From assembly GCA_050248855.1 (NCBI GenBank), contig JBFWRP010000021.1, positions 19,286 through 83,285 on the forward strand: 64,000 bases of DNA. Direction: 5' to 3'. The first letter of the stretch is position 1, and each line of letters begins with the position of its first letter. A model generated the notes under the pieces. That model worked only from the letters and a program-made list of their open reading frames with translations, had not been told where the DNA came from and searched no databases. The stretch comes from Planctomycetota bacterium (lineage in GTDB: Bacteria > Planctomycetota > PLA2 > JAEUHO01). The translations under genes and the position numbers were made by a program. Of the stretch, positions 51,365-60,759 are shown piece after piece.

Positions 51365-51409
51365 GTCGAGTGCTCGTCACGGATCGTCGGAATGCTGTGA
51401 CACAGTGCA
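51365..51409 (-). mobile_element. Isolated IS left-end remnant in inverted orientation
   Basis: Reverse complement TGCACTGTGTCACAGCATTCCGACGATCCGTGACGAGCACTCGAC matches the IS end starting at 54454. Confidence 0.8.
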
Positions 51410-51606
51410 CGGTCCTTGCGCATGTCTTCGGCGATGTCGGGCAGCGACGTCACACGCGGCTCCTCGGAGTCCGGCGAGAGTACGGGGGCGCGCCATGCAC
51501 CGGTACGCCTGGCTCACATGGACTGTAGGAGATCAGGGCTCTGCTACACGCTGGACGTGCCGGCTGTCCGCCGCGCGCGCTGCGCTCGCCTGCTTCGGCG
51601 ACGAAC

Positions 51607-52881
51607 TCAGCGTCGCTTGGACCTGCCCAGGATGAGCCACAGCAGCCCCGCTCCCGCCAGCGCGACGCCTCCCCCGATCCACGTTGCCTGCGTGAAGCGC
51701 GTAAGCGTCGCCACGGCCGTCAGTGCGCCCGCGCCGGCAAGCACCGGAAAGCGCCCCACGGACAGGGGCGTACGGAACGGCCGCTCACGCTCGGGAGCCC
51801 GATAGCGCAGGACGATCACGGCCACGTTCACGCACGCGAAGGCCACCAAGGCTGCAAACGAAGAGAGGCTGGCCACAGCGCCTACGTCACCGAGCGGCAC
51901 CAGCGCCGCCGCCATCACGCCCAACAGCGCGGCTGCCGTCCACGGTGTCTGGCGGCCGGGGAGCACCCTGGCCAAGTATCGAGGGAGGCCTCCGTCGCGT
52001 GCCACACCGAAGAGGAGGCGGCTCCCAGCGACAAGCGCGATCAGGGCCGTGTTGGCCGTCGCGAACAGCGCAACTCCGCCCAGGGCCGATGCGATGCGTG
52101 GCGCTTCCTCGCGCGCGGCATCGACGAGAGGAGATGCGCTCCCGGCGAGGTCAGCGGGGGCAGCCAGGGCGACCGCGGCTAGGCCTACGGCGACGTACAG
52201 CACCGATGTCACACCGACGGCCGTGAAGATCGCCCTGGGCAAGGTGCGACTCGGATCACGCGCCTCCTCGGCCAGGTTCACGATGTCCTCAAAGCCCAGG
52301 TAGGCGAAGAACAGCAGGGCCGCCGCGGCCGGCACGCCCGCGCTGGGTGCCGCCGTCAACGCCTCGCCGAACTTGGGATGCCCCATTCCGACCACCACGA
52401 ACGCCACGAGGCCCGCCACTTCGATCAGCGTGAAGGTCACGTTCACGCCCGTAGAGAGCCTAAGCCCGATGATGTTGAGTGCTGTGGTCGCGGCGATCAG
52501 ACCGAGCGCCGCGGTCGAGGGAGGCACATCCACGAAGGTGCCCAGATAGCCCTCGAACGCCAGCGCCACGGTTGCGGCCGTCGCCGCGGCCGCCACGGTG
52601 AGCACGATGCCTACCGTGAAGGCCAGCCACGACTGGCGCGGTACGGCCTTGCGTAAGTACACGTACTCCGCGCCGGCCTCGGGATACATCGTTCCGAGCT
52701 CGGCATACGACAGCGCCGTGAGCAACGCGACGACGGAAGCAACCAAGAAGGCAAGCCACACGCTCTCGCCGGCAAGCCCCGCCGCCTCGCCGAGGACGCT
52801 GTAGACGCCGGCGCCCACGATTATCCCGACGCCGTAGAGCGTCAGGGACGGGAAGCCGAGCGTGCGCGCCAATCCCGCCAA
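51607..52881 (-). CDS. APC-family amino acid permease
   Basis: GIIVGAGVY, SYAEL, FFAYLGFE and RPFRTP motifs; many TM helices. Confidence 0.95.
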   Translation of the reverse strand: MAGLARTLGFPSLTLYGVGIIVGAGVYSVLGEAAGLAGESVWLAFLVASVVALLTALSYAELGTMYPEAGAEYVYLRKAVPRQSWLAFTVGIVLTVAAAATAATVALAFEGYLGTFVDVPPSTAALGLIAATTALNIIGLRLSTGVNVTFTLIEVAGLVAFVVVGMGHPKFGEALTAAPSAGVPAAAALLFFAYLGFEDIVNLAEEARDPSRTLPRAIFTAVGVTSVLYVAVGLAAVALAAPADLAGSASPLVDAAREEAPRIASALGGVALFATANTALIALVAGSRLLFGVARDGGLPRYLARVLPGRQTPWTAAALLGVMAAALVPLGDVGAVASLSSFAALVAFACVNVAVIVLRYRAPERERPFRTPLSVGRFPVLAGAGALTAVATLTRFTQATWIGGGVALAGAGLLWLILGRSKRR

Positions 52882-52970
52882 GGCCCCTCCTCAAGTCCTG
52901 TGTTGCCCACGAGGCCACGCGGGCCACGCCTGACAGCGCGCGGCCCCCGCTCGACGGCCGCCGGTTGGCG

Positions 52971-53837
52971 CTAACGCGTGGTTGCCCGTCCGGTGGGCGC
53001 CAGGACCTCACCCGTGTACCAAGTGGCATCATCGCAGGCGAGGAAGACGTAACTGGGAGCCAACTCGCCCGGCTGGGCCGGTCGGCCCAGCTCCGTGCTC
53101 TCGCCGAACCGTTGCACGTGATCGGGGCGCAGGGTTGCGGGAATGAGGGGTGTCCAGACAGGGCCGGGAGCAACACAGTTGACCCGGATTCCGCGGTCTG
53201 CCAGGGCACGCGCCAGCGACTTGGTCAGTACGTGGATGGCGCCCTTGGTGGCTGCGTAGTCGATCAACGTCTCGTGACCCTCCAGCGCAGTCACGGAGCC
53301 CGTGTTGAGGATGACGCCACCGCGGGGGAGGTACTCCACCGCAGCCTGCGCAATCCAAAGGTAGGCGAACACGTTGGTGCGAAACGTGCGCTCAACCTGC
53401 TCTTCATCAAGGTCGCCAAAGTCTTCGATCTCCTTCTGGTAGGCGGCGTTGTTCACGACGATGTCGAGGTGCCCGAGCGTCTGGGCCGCATCGGCGACCA
53501 CCTGACGGCAGGAAGTCCGCTCCCGTAGGTCGCTCGCGAGAAGCACGCCTCGCCGGCCGGCCTCTTCCACCAAGCGCAGTGTCTCGGCGGCGTCGTCGTG
53601 TTCGCACAGGTATGCGATGGCGACGTCGGCCCCCTCGCGAGCGAAGGCAAGCGCAACGGCCCTGCCGATGCCGCTGTCGGCGCCCGTGACGAGGGCGGCT
53701 TTGTACATGAGGCGACCGCTGCCCCTGTACGTGCTCTCGCCATGGTCGGGGCGCGGGCGCATCGCATCGGTGCGCCCGGGCCACCGTTGCTGCTGCTTGG
53801 GCGGAGCGTCGGTCAGTGGCCTCGTGTCCTTGGGCAT
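52971..53837 (-). CDS. SDR oxidoreductase (YghA/YdaD general-stress type)
   Basis: PDHGESTYRGSGRL, TGADSGIG, NNAA, YAATK and PGPVWTPLIP motifs. Confidence 0.95.
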   Translation of the reverse strand: MPKDTRPLTDAPPKQQQRWPGRTDAMRPRPDHGESTYRGSGRLMYKAALVTGADSGIGRAVALAFAREGADVAIAYLCEHDDAAETLRLVEEAGRRGVLLASDLRERTSCRQVVADAAQTLGHLDIVVNNAAYQKEIEDFGDLDEEQVERTFRTNVFAYLWIAQAAVEYLPRGGVILNTGSVTALEGHETLIDYAATKGAIHVLTKSLARALADRGIRVNCVAPGPVWTPLIPATLRPDHVQRFGESTELGRPAQPGELAPSYVFLACDDATWYTGEVLAPTGRATTR

Positions 53838-54058
53838 CACGTGTCTCACACCGATCAGGGTTCGTTCTGACCGCAAGGCGCGTGCCCTTGGGGGCCGTGC
53901 CTCGCGGGAACGCGGAACGTCGTTCGCGCGTGGAGTTGGGAAGCGGGTCCCCATACGGCGTGGCTACGGGCCACGCGGTGCGTGCGCTCCGCGCCGTCGG
54001 TAGGCCGGATTCAGGAGTGGTCGTCGGTTTGCGTTCCTCGTGAGGAAAGGAGGTCTTC

Positions 54059-54403
54059 ATGACCCGCAAGGAAACGACAAGCAAGCGCACGCCCGAGACG
54101 CCCACGACGGCCCGGACCAAGAGCCCGAGCCCGACGAGCAGCAAGAGTTCCTCCCCGAGTTCGTCACGCACCTCGCCCAGCCCGCAGACGAACAGCCCGA
54201 CCACCGACATTTGGAGTGGGCGCTGGAAGCAGGTACGCGGCAAGATCCGTGAGACCTGGGGCGACTTGGCCGACGACGAGCTGGATCAGGTCGCCGGCAG
54301 GCGGGATCAACTGATCGGCCGCATCCAAGAGCGGACCGGTGAGGACCGCAACGAGATCTCGAAGCGCATCGAGCGTTTTGAGAGCGAGAGCACGCGCAAG
54401 TAG
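54059..54403 (+). CDS. CsbD-family general stress protein
   Basis: GRWKQVRGKIRETWGDLADDELDQVAGRRDQLIGRIQERTG; AGGAGG RBS. Confidence 0.92.
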   Translation: MTRKETTSKRTPETPTTARTKSPSPTSSKSSSPSSSRTSPSPQTNSPTTDIWSGRWKQVRGKIRETWGDLADDELDQVAGRRDQLIGRIQERTGEDRNEISKRIERFESESTRK

Positions 54404-54420
54404 TAGCGAATCACACCAGC

Positions 54421-54453
54421 GAGGTGCGCGCGGGCAGCCCCTGCGCGCACCTC
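54421..54453 (+). terminator. GC-rich stem-loop after csbD
   Basis: GAGGTGCGCGC...GCGCGCACCTC 11-bp perfect outer stem. There is no U tract; the IS begins immediately after it. Confidence 0.5.
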
Positions 54454-55906
54454 TGCTCTGTCTCACAGCATTCCGACGATCCGTGACGAGGACTCGACAG
54501 TGCACGGGGCCCGATGCTACGGCCTCGGGGTGGTCCCTGCATGGGCCCGGGCCAGCGCGGATGCTGGCCGGATGCCCCGCTCCCAGCGCACCTACGACCG
54601 TCGGCTCATTCGCCTCGTCCAGGACACCGGCGACATCACCCTCGCGACCGGCGTCGGCGCGCCCCCATCGACGACCGCCGGCTGGCTGCGCCGCGCCAAG
54701 TGGGACGTGACCACCACAGCCACGTGCGAGACGTCCTCCGCGGGACTGCGCGCTCGCTTGGCCCGGACGCAGGCGCGGCTCCGTCGTTGCCAGGCGATCC
54801 TTCGCGTCGTGCTCGCGGTGCTGCGTATCGTGCCGCCTGACTTCACGCGCCCGCGCGTTCCGCTGGGAGCTGACAAGGCGCGCCTGCTTTGCGCCGTCGA
54901 TCGAAGTCGTGGCGTGGTCCGCCTCCCGCAGCTGCTCAAGCTGATCGGCCTTTCGCCCTCGAGACTGGCGGCTTGGCGCCGCGCCGCGGTCGGCTGCCAG
55001 CTCGACGACACACCCTCGTGCCCCCACGCCACACCCCACCGCCTCGCGCAGGAGGAGATCACCCGCATCCGGGACATGGTCACCTCGCTGGCCTGGCGCC
55101 ACGTCCCCGTCGGTCGCCTGGCGATCCTGGCCCAGCGTCTGGGCCATGTGTTCGCCTCGGCCGCCACGTGGCATCGCCTCGTCCGCGAGCGAGATTGGCG
55201 TCGTCCTCGCCTTGGGCTTCATCCTCCGGCACCACGGGATGGCATCCGGGCCGATGCACCCAACGGGCTCTGGCACATCGACACCACGGTCATCCGCCTG
55301 CTCGACGGCACGAAGGCGTTCGCGCAGGCCGTGCCAAGGCGTCGAGAACTGCAACGCGAACGTGGACGGCCTGGTCGAGGCGGGCATCCTGCGCCGCGTC
55401 CTGGCCCAGGTGGACTTGGCGTTCTCCAGTTCGCTGATCGAGGCGTGGTGGCGCTCGCTCAAGCACGGCTGGCTGTTCCTTCACCCGCTGGAGTCCGTGG
55501 CGCAGGTGCATCGCCTCGTCGGCTTCTACGTCGAGCAGCACAACACGCACGTATCGCACTCGGCGTTCCGGGGCCAGACGCCCGACGAGATAGATGTACT
55601 TCGGTACGGGCACCCAGGTCCCCGACGAGCTCACTGAACGGAGAGCCCGCGCGCGGAAGGAGCGCCTGGCCTCCAACCGGGCAATGCGGTGTGCGGTCCG
55701 TGCGTGACGAGCGGGAGTGGGGGGCGTGGTTCCGACGAGGCCCGACCGGCAGGCTAGACCTCGTGCGGACCGACCGGAGGCAGCCCCGGGAGGGCACGCC
55801 GTCCGCCGCCACAAGGAGCCCGCCGCCGGACAGGGGGTCCCGTAGGACGCCGCCCATCGCGCGACGAGAACTCGACAGGATTCGTCGGAATGCTGTGAGC
55901 AGAGCA
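54454..55906 (+). mobile_element. Insertion sequence (IS3/IS481-like, rve-type DDE), internally deleted
   Basis: TG...CA termini with imperfect TIRs (TGCTCTGTCTCACAGCATTCCGACGA / TCGTCGGAATGCTGTGAGCAGAGCA) enclosing a transposase remnant. Confidence 0.85.
54572..55707 (+). pseudogene. DDE transposase/integrase pseudogene
   Basis: LWHIDTT, then a frame break near 55335 with the second-Asp region missing. IEAWWRSLK and HSAFRGQTPDE lie in another frame, with a second frameshift at the AGATAGAT duplication near 55590. Confidence 0.85.
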
Positions 55907-55926
55907 CCGGTAGACTCGGCAGTGCC

Positions 55927-56538
55927 ATGGCGGAGCCTCACACCACGACATCTCTGATCGAGGGACTCAGGAGGGACCAGGTGCACGCCAAGGACATTGC
56001 CCAGGCACTTGAAGACCTGCGCGATCGGCTATCGCAGGCGGGCGTGCCGTTCGCTGTGATTGGCGCCCTCGCGATGCGCCAGTACGGGTACATCCGATAC
56101 ACGGAGGACATCGACATCCTCACGACGCCGGAAGGACTTGACCGAATTCACGCGGAACTGATCGGTCGCGGATTGGTACCGCGGGAGAGTGGGCTGCGGA
56201 AGAAGTTGAGAGAAACCCGGAGTCGTGTCCACATCGACGTGATCCAGTCGGGTGAGCCCGCGGGCGCGGAGGGGAGTCCGGTCAGCTATCCAGAGCCTGC
56301 TTCCTCTGCGTTCGCCACGGCGCCGGATGGAATCCGGTATCCCACCCTCGCGGCATTGATGGCATTCAAGATCGCGTCCGGTGTCTGGGGCAAGCGGCTG
56401 CGCGATCTCGCCGACGCGCAGGAGCTCATCAAAGCCGCGAACTTGGATGAGGCATTCTCGAGCGAACTGCCGGAGGCAATCCGCGCCCGATTCATCGAGC
56501 TTGTGGAGGCCACACGGCAGGAACGTGACATCGAATAG
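55927..56538 (+). CDS. Nucleotidyltransferase-fold protein (AbiEii/MNT-like superfamily)
   Basis: FAVIGALAM...RYTEDIDIL and K...RLRDLAD motifs. Confidence 0.8.
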   Translation: MAEPHTTTSLIEGLRRDQVHAKDIAQALEDLRDRLSQAGVPFAVIGALAMRQYGYIRYTEDIDILTTPEGLDRIHAELIGRGLVPRESGLRKKLRETRSRVHIDVIQSGEPAGAEGSPVSYPEPASSAFATAPDGIRYPTLAALMAFKIASGVWGKRLRDLADAQELIKAANLDEAFSSELPEAIRARFIELVEATRQERDIE

Positions 56539-56634
56539 AGCTTGCCTGTACCGGCTGTAGCGGCCCACGGACCTTGGACAGCTGTCCTCGGGCGCCTTCC
56601 CGGAAAGGAGCCGCTCACGGGTTTGAGGCTAGGG

Positions 56635-56686
56635 CGGCAGGAGTGACGGGACTCGAACCCGCGACCTCCGGCTTGACAGGACGGCG
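56635..56686 (-). other. Degenerate 3' half of tRNA-Asp(GTC); att-site remnant 2
   Basis: Reverse complement CCTGTCAAGCCGGAGGTCGCGGGTTCGAGTCCCGTCACTCCTGCCG; no 5' half and the CCA end is mutated. Confidence 0.85.
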
Positions 56687-56747
56687 ATCGCAGGTCGTAA
56701 GTGTTTGTAAATGCTATACTTATGGTTTCGGCGACGGGTGACTGTGC

Positions 56748-56776
56748 CGTGGATCGACAGGTCTGGGTGCACGTCG
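56748..56776 (+). repeat. 29-bp direct repeat, copy 2
   Basis: Identical to 51278-51306. Confidence 0.9.
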
Positions 56777-56829
56777 TTGCCCTACCCTCGCTCGCCGCTT
56801 GGGGCACGACTTGACGTATCCTCGTCCGC

Positions 56830-57060
56830 ATGAAGCGCTTCCCCCGCATCACCATGGATCCTGCGGTCATGGGGGGGCGGCCCTGCATCCGAGGGCTGCG
56901 CATCACCGTCTCCGCGATCCTGCGCCTCGTCGCAGCTGGGCGTAGTCGCGACGCGATCCTGCAGGAGTATCCGTACTTGGAGGCGGACGACATCGAGGAA
57001 GCGCTGTCCTTCGCTGCCTGGCTGGCCGAGTCGCCTGAGGAGGCGCTAGCGAGCCAGTGA
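56830..57060 (+). CDS. DUF433-family antitoxin
   Basis: RITMDPAVMGGRPCIRGLRITV...YPYLEADDIEEALSFA. Confidence 0.93.
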   Translation: MKRFPRITMDPAVMGGRPCIRGLRITVSAILRLVAAGRSRDAILQEYPYLEADDIEEALSFAAWLAESPEEALASQ

Positions 57061-57422
57061 GGGTTGTCGTCGACGTCAACTTCCCTCCGTCACTGGCGGC
57101 AACACTCCGCAAGGCCGGTGTCGATGCCTTCCACTGGACAACTGAGGGAAGCGCTTCGGCATCGGACGCAGAGATTCTGGAGCGAGCTCGCGAGAACGGG
57201 TGGGTCGTGCTGACGCAAGACCTCGACTTCCCCGACATCTTGGCCGCTACAGGTGCGGACGCTCCGAGCGTCCTGCTCGTGCGTCAGGCCGATGCCCTCG
57301 TTCCGAGTCTGCCCGAGCTCATCATCGCGGCGCTTGTCCAATGCTCCGCTTCCCTCGAGAGCGGGGCCATCGTCGTGCTTGATGCACGCGGGAGAAGGGT
57401 TCGCGTGCTCCCGGTCGCGTGA
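57057..57422 (+). CDS. DUF5615 PIN-like toxin (VapC45-type)
   Basis: VVDVNFP, ASDAEIL and VLTQDLDF motifs; GTGA overlap with the antitoxin gene. Confidence 0.92.
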   Translation: MRVVVDVNFPPSLAATLRKAGVDAFHWTTEGSASASDAEILERARENGWVVLTQDLDFPDILAATGADAPSVLLVRQADALVPSLPELIIAALVQCSASLESGAIVVLDARGRRVRVLPVA

Positions 57423-57520
57423 GGCACCTCGCCTTGGAGTCTCTCGCCTTTTCGGGCCGGAGGAGCGCAGCGCCGCGGTGTGATCGAGGCGGCCTCGCTC
57501 ACTCTGGCGATCGCAGCGCG

Positions 57521-57706
57521 CTAGGGTCGGCGCGATCCCTTCCCTGCCGTGCGCCAAGGTGGTGCGACGTCTAGCTCGACTCGGTCAGCTACGTCAGCAG
57601 GGGGTGGCACGGCCTCTTGTAGGAGGGCAATGTCAATGCCGCCCTCGAGGAGCGTGCGCCAAGCCTCGGGCTGGCGGTTGATGTTCCAGGTCACGAGGCG
57701 GAGCAC
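57521..57706 (-). pseudogene. N-terminal fragment of an endonuclease/exonuclease/phosphatase-family protein
   Basis: LRLVTWNIN...DIALLQEA, truncated after about 60 aa. Confidence 0.65.
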
Positions 57707-57966
57707 GGCTGGCGTTCCTCCACCTGCCGGGGGGGGGGCGGCATCGAGTTGCGAGCCCCGGCCTTCTCCCCTTCGGCACCCAACGGAGAGCCCCTGATCT
57801 CCGGGGTGTCTCTGGTGACTATGTCCGAAACTTTGCTTTTGTCTGCGCACGACGGCGCACGTCGTTGCACGCCGCTGCCGAATGGTAGGGCTTGGGAGGG
57901 ACGCGGGCCCGGTCGCCGCAAGTGCGCGTGGTGGCGCAGGTTGGGGCAGCGACGTGCATCGAAAGG

Positions 57967-58015
57967 TGGCGGGAGTGACGGGACTCGAACCCGCGACCTC
58001 CGGCTTGACAGGCCG
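57967..58015 (-). other. 3' half of tRNA-Asp(GTC) with CCA; att-site duplicate 1
   Basis: Reverse complement CGGCCTGTCAAGCCGGAGGTCGCGGGTTCGAGTCCCGTCACTCCCGCCA. The expected 5' acceptor strand GGGAGTG and the D arm are absent. Confidence 0.9.
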
Positions 58016-58132
58016 ATCAGCCTCCTTGGCACATGACCCGCATGAAATGGCCCCCTGCGGGCGATTCGTGGCCTCCGGCCGGTGCGCCGGGGTTTCCCGA
58101 TAACTCCCCGTTCGACGCCCGATTCCGGGGCG

Positions 58133-58155
58133 GTGCTGGTACGCGTGCTGGTACG
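58133..58155 (+). repeat. Tandem 11-bp repeat GTGCTGGTACG (candidate integrase arm-type sites)
   Basis: Two copies separated by 1 bp, about 120 bp inside the att site. Confidence 0.55.
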
Positions 58156-58319
58156 GGGCAGATCCCTACGTCCGGCGGGCCTGTCCCCCTGGCGGGGTAC
58201 ACGATGGGGTCCCCGGCCTCTCGGGGAGGGCACGCCACTGTCTGGCCTGAGCCGCAGCAGCCTGCGGCTGACCACGCGCGCGCTGCGCTCTCGGGGAAGC
58301 CTGGACGGAGGCTCCCACC

Positions 58320-59498
58320 ATGCGCATCCCCGATCACCAGAGGCTGACCCGCAGTTTCTTCCGCGGGGTCACCTCGCCGCATCTCTTCCGGCGGTTCTTC
58401 GATTCGTTCGGGGTCTGGGACCGGATGGAGCTCGATGACGAGGCGAAGGCCGATGCCATCTTCAGGGCGTGGGAAGGCCTGACCGGCGTCGATCGGGACG
58501 AGATGGATGAGGCCTTGTACCGCATCAACGATCTCTCACACCCGAAGGCGCGATTCGCCGTGCTCTACCGGGCGAAGGACTGCGGCGTCGAGGGGTGCGA
58601 CGACATGACTCCCGAAGAGCGCGCCCTGACCCTGTTTCTGGATCGTCGCGATGACTTCGAGGCGACGTACGAGTTCCACACGATCGAGAAGACGGACAGC
58701 CTGCGTGTGCTGGTTGGCCGCCATCCCGTTCCGTGTGCGGACACGCAGGAGAACCTCGACCGATTCAAGGTGAAGCTGAGCAAGGCGCTTCAGCGCGAGG
58801 CACATGGCCGCCATCTGCTCATCGAGCGCGCTCGGGACCATCAGAAGAAGTGGATGGCTGCGATCCCTCACCAGACCTTCGCAAAGGCCGACCACGAGTT
58901 CGATGAGCAGCACGAAGGCGAGATCCTCACGCGACCTCGTCGGCCCATCTACGAGATGATCCTCATCTACTATCCCGCGCGAGCGCTCCTCAAGCTCAAG
59001 GTGGGTCGTGGCTTGAGGAAGTTGCAGCGCGTCGCCCAGTGCTTCGCGACTGAGATGCTGGGCCAAGACTCGGACTTCTTCCGGATCAAGGACGTCGTGA
59101 GCTTCGCGCCCCTGAGGAACCCCCACTTCGCCTTCACTCGTGATCCTGGCGACAAGTTCAAGTCGGTACGTGCGACCAAGATTCGCTATCGCACCGTCGC
59201 CCACGGTGACTTCGAGCACACTCTGCAGTGCAAGAACCATTCCCCGGAGGCCCCTGATGTCCTCGATTGGCTCTCGCACGAGGGCATCAACCGCGCGGAC
59301 ATCGTGGTGAACTCTCTGACCCTCCGGTTCCAGTTCCCAGGCGGTCCTCGCGACACCCGCACAGTGGAGATCGGAACACCGAACGAGAGCAGTCTCGACG
59401 AGACGGAGCGCGACCGTTACATCGAGAAGATCCTGGCGCGGTATGGCTTCCTCGACATTGCGGCGAAGGAACTGATGGCCGGTGCTGGCGTCTCTTGA
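58320..59498 (+). CDS. Hypothetical protein (392 aa) of the integrative element
   Basis: Long ORF with natural composition and a GGAGG RBS; no motif recognised. Confidence 0.8.
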   Translation: MRIPDHQRLTRSFFRGVTSPHLFRRFFDSFGVWDRMELDDEAKADAIFRAWEGLTGVDRDEMDEALYRINDLSHPKARFAVLYRAKDCGVEGCDDMTPEERALTLFLDRRDDFEATYEFHTIEKTDSLRVLVGRHPVPCADTQENLDRFKVKLSKALQREAHGRHLLIERARDHQKKWMAAIPHQTFAKADHEFDEQHEGEILTRPRRPIYEMILIYYPARALLKLKVGRGLRKLQRVAQCFATEMLGQDSDFFRIKDVVSFAPLRNPHFAFTRDPGDKFKSVRATKIRYRTVAHGDFEHTLQCKNHSPEAPDVLDWLSHEGINRADIVVNSLTLRFQFPGGPRDTRTVEIGTPNESSLDETERDRYIEKILARYGFLDIAAKELMAGAGVS

Positions 59499-60327
59499 TT
59501 CGCGATTCACGGCAACCATCGAAGGCGCCCGTGCGGCCGAGTTGCCGGCGGGGCGCTTTCGGATCCTGAAGCAACACGGGATCCTCGTCTCCGACCCGGA
59601 TGCCTCGAGCATCGCACGCTGTGTCTGTGACGAGAAGGAGGCCGACTGCGTCGTACGAGTCGATACAGAGAAGGGAAGGTATAGGGGTCGGTGCGGTGTC
59701 TACGGCGTCGAAGTCGCCGTCACCATCGAGCAGGTACGCCGCTACAGGTTCGTCTGGGAGGCGTGGGCCCGTTGGTTGCGTGAGAAGAACTCGCTCGCTG
59801 GTCCCGACCCGGCGCTTGGGATCGGCGTCATGTACGTCGGCAGGGGGCAGGTGGGCGATCGCGAGTTCTGCCTGGTCGTCGTAGCGCCTGGCTGTCAACG
59901 CGCCCAGGACGTGGCCGTTCCAGAAGTTGCTCGGCGGCTCGGCCTACCCGTCGTCGCGCTCCTTCTGGGGCAGCGATCCGAGGACCTTCGCGTCGGGGCG
60001 ACCCTCCCACCCACCGCGCTGGCGGCAGACTTCGGAACGATCGATGACGCCGCCCTCGGCCGGGCGCTCGGCGCTGTGGTGAAGCCCCCGGCAACGGAGC
60101 GCAAGAGGCCCGGGCGTCCACAAACGGAGTTCCCGCAGTCCGAGCAGGTCGCCCGCGTAATCCGGGATCGTCGCGAGCGGCCAACGTCCTATCAGGATCT
60201 GAGCACCGCCCTGCCAAGCATCAAAAACATGCGGGCAGCGGTGACGAGCGCGATGAAGCGATATCCGAGACAGATCGTCCGCGTGGAGGACGCCGAGGGC
60301 TGGGTGACCTTCAGCTGGAGAGCCTGA
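59482..60327 (+). CDS. Hypothetical protein with a Cys cluster and possible C-terminal HTH
   Basis: CVC...C...C near the N-terminus and a basic C-terminal helical region; overlaps the previous gene. Confidence 0.7.
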   Translation: MLASLDSRFTATIEGARAAELPAGRFRILKQHGILVSDPDASSIARCVCDEKEADCVVRVDTEKGRYRGRCGVYGVEVAVTIEQVRRYRFVWEAWARWLREKNSLAGPDPALGIGVMYVGRGQVGDREFCLVVVAPGCQRAQDVAVPEVARRLGLPVVALLLGQRSEDLRVGATLPPTALAADFGTIDDAALGRALGAVVKPPATERKRPGRPQTEFPQSEQVARVIRDRRERPTSYQDLSTALPSIKNMRAAVTSAMKRYPRQIVRVEDAEGWVTFSWRA

Positions 60328-60486
60328 TCTCCGCTGCGTGCGGTCGCGCCGCGTAATGTTTCGCGGCACTTCCGCGACTTCCGCGGCGTAGTCGCCCCGC
60401 GATGCATGCCCGATCCTCGGGCGCGTGACCCAGCACGACGAGTCCCTCCGCATCGCACAGGCCCGCCGCCGGGAGGCGCGGTAGCC

Positions 60487-60759
60487 ATGCCGCGGGCAAA
60501 ACCTCTTCCCGCGGAGGACGCGCTCCTCAGCGCCGCTGAGGCGTGCGCGCTCGTCCACGTGTCCCGCTCCCGTTGGGACGCATATCAACGCCGCTTCCCC
60601 GCGCTCGTGCGAGGCCGACGGATCGTCCAGGCCAACCCCCAAGGGAAGGGGGTCGTTCGCTGGCTGCGTAGCGCGGTCATCCAGCACATGCACCTAGAAC
60701 TTGCCCGGGAGCGGCCTCGCGCGCCCCGGACGAAGCGCGACGAGGTGGTGCCGGCATGA
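60487..60759 (+). CDS. Excisionase/AlpA-like HTH protein
   Basis: LLSAAEACALVHVSRSRW...VRWLRSAV; GGAGG RBS. Confidence 0.7.
   Translation: MPRAKPLPAEDALLSAAEACALVHVSRSRWDAYQRRFPALVRGRRIVQANPQGKGVVRWLRSAVIQHMHLELARERPRAPRTKRDEVVPA

Larger units (their letters stand above)
56687..57966. mobile_element. Integrase-less mini-islet between two tRNA-Asp att remnants
   Basis: Flanked by direct tRNA-derived repeats, carries a TA pair and an EEP fragment, and has CACGTCG(T/C)TGC motifs at both ends. Confidence 0.7.

Noticed and set aside
55320..55350. Programmed -1 frameshift in the transposase
   Set aside because: No slippery A-run is present, the break falls inside the catalytic domain with sequence missing, and a second frameshift follows. 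This is decay rather than recoding.
57967..58045. Intact tRNA-Asp gene
   Set aside because: Only the anticodon arm to CCA is present. The upstream sequence cannot form the acceptor 5' strand or the D arm.
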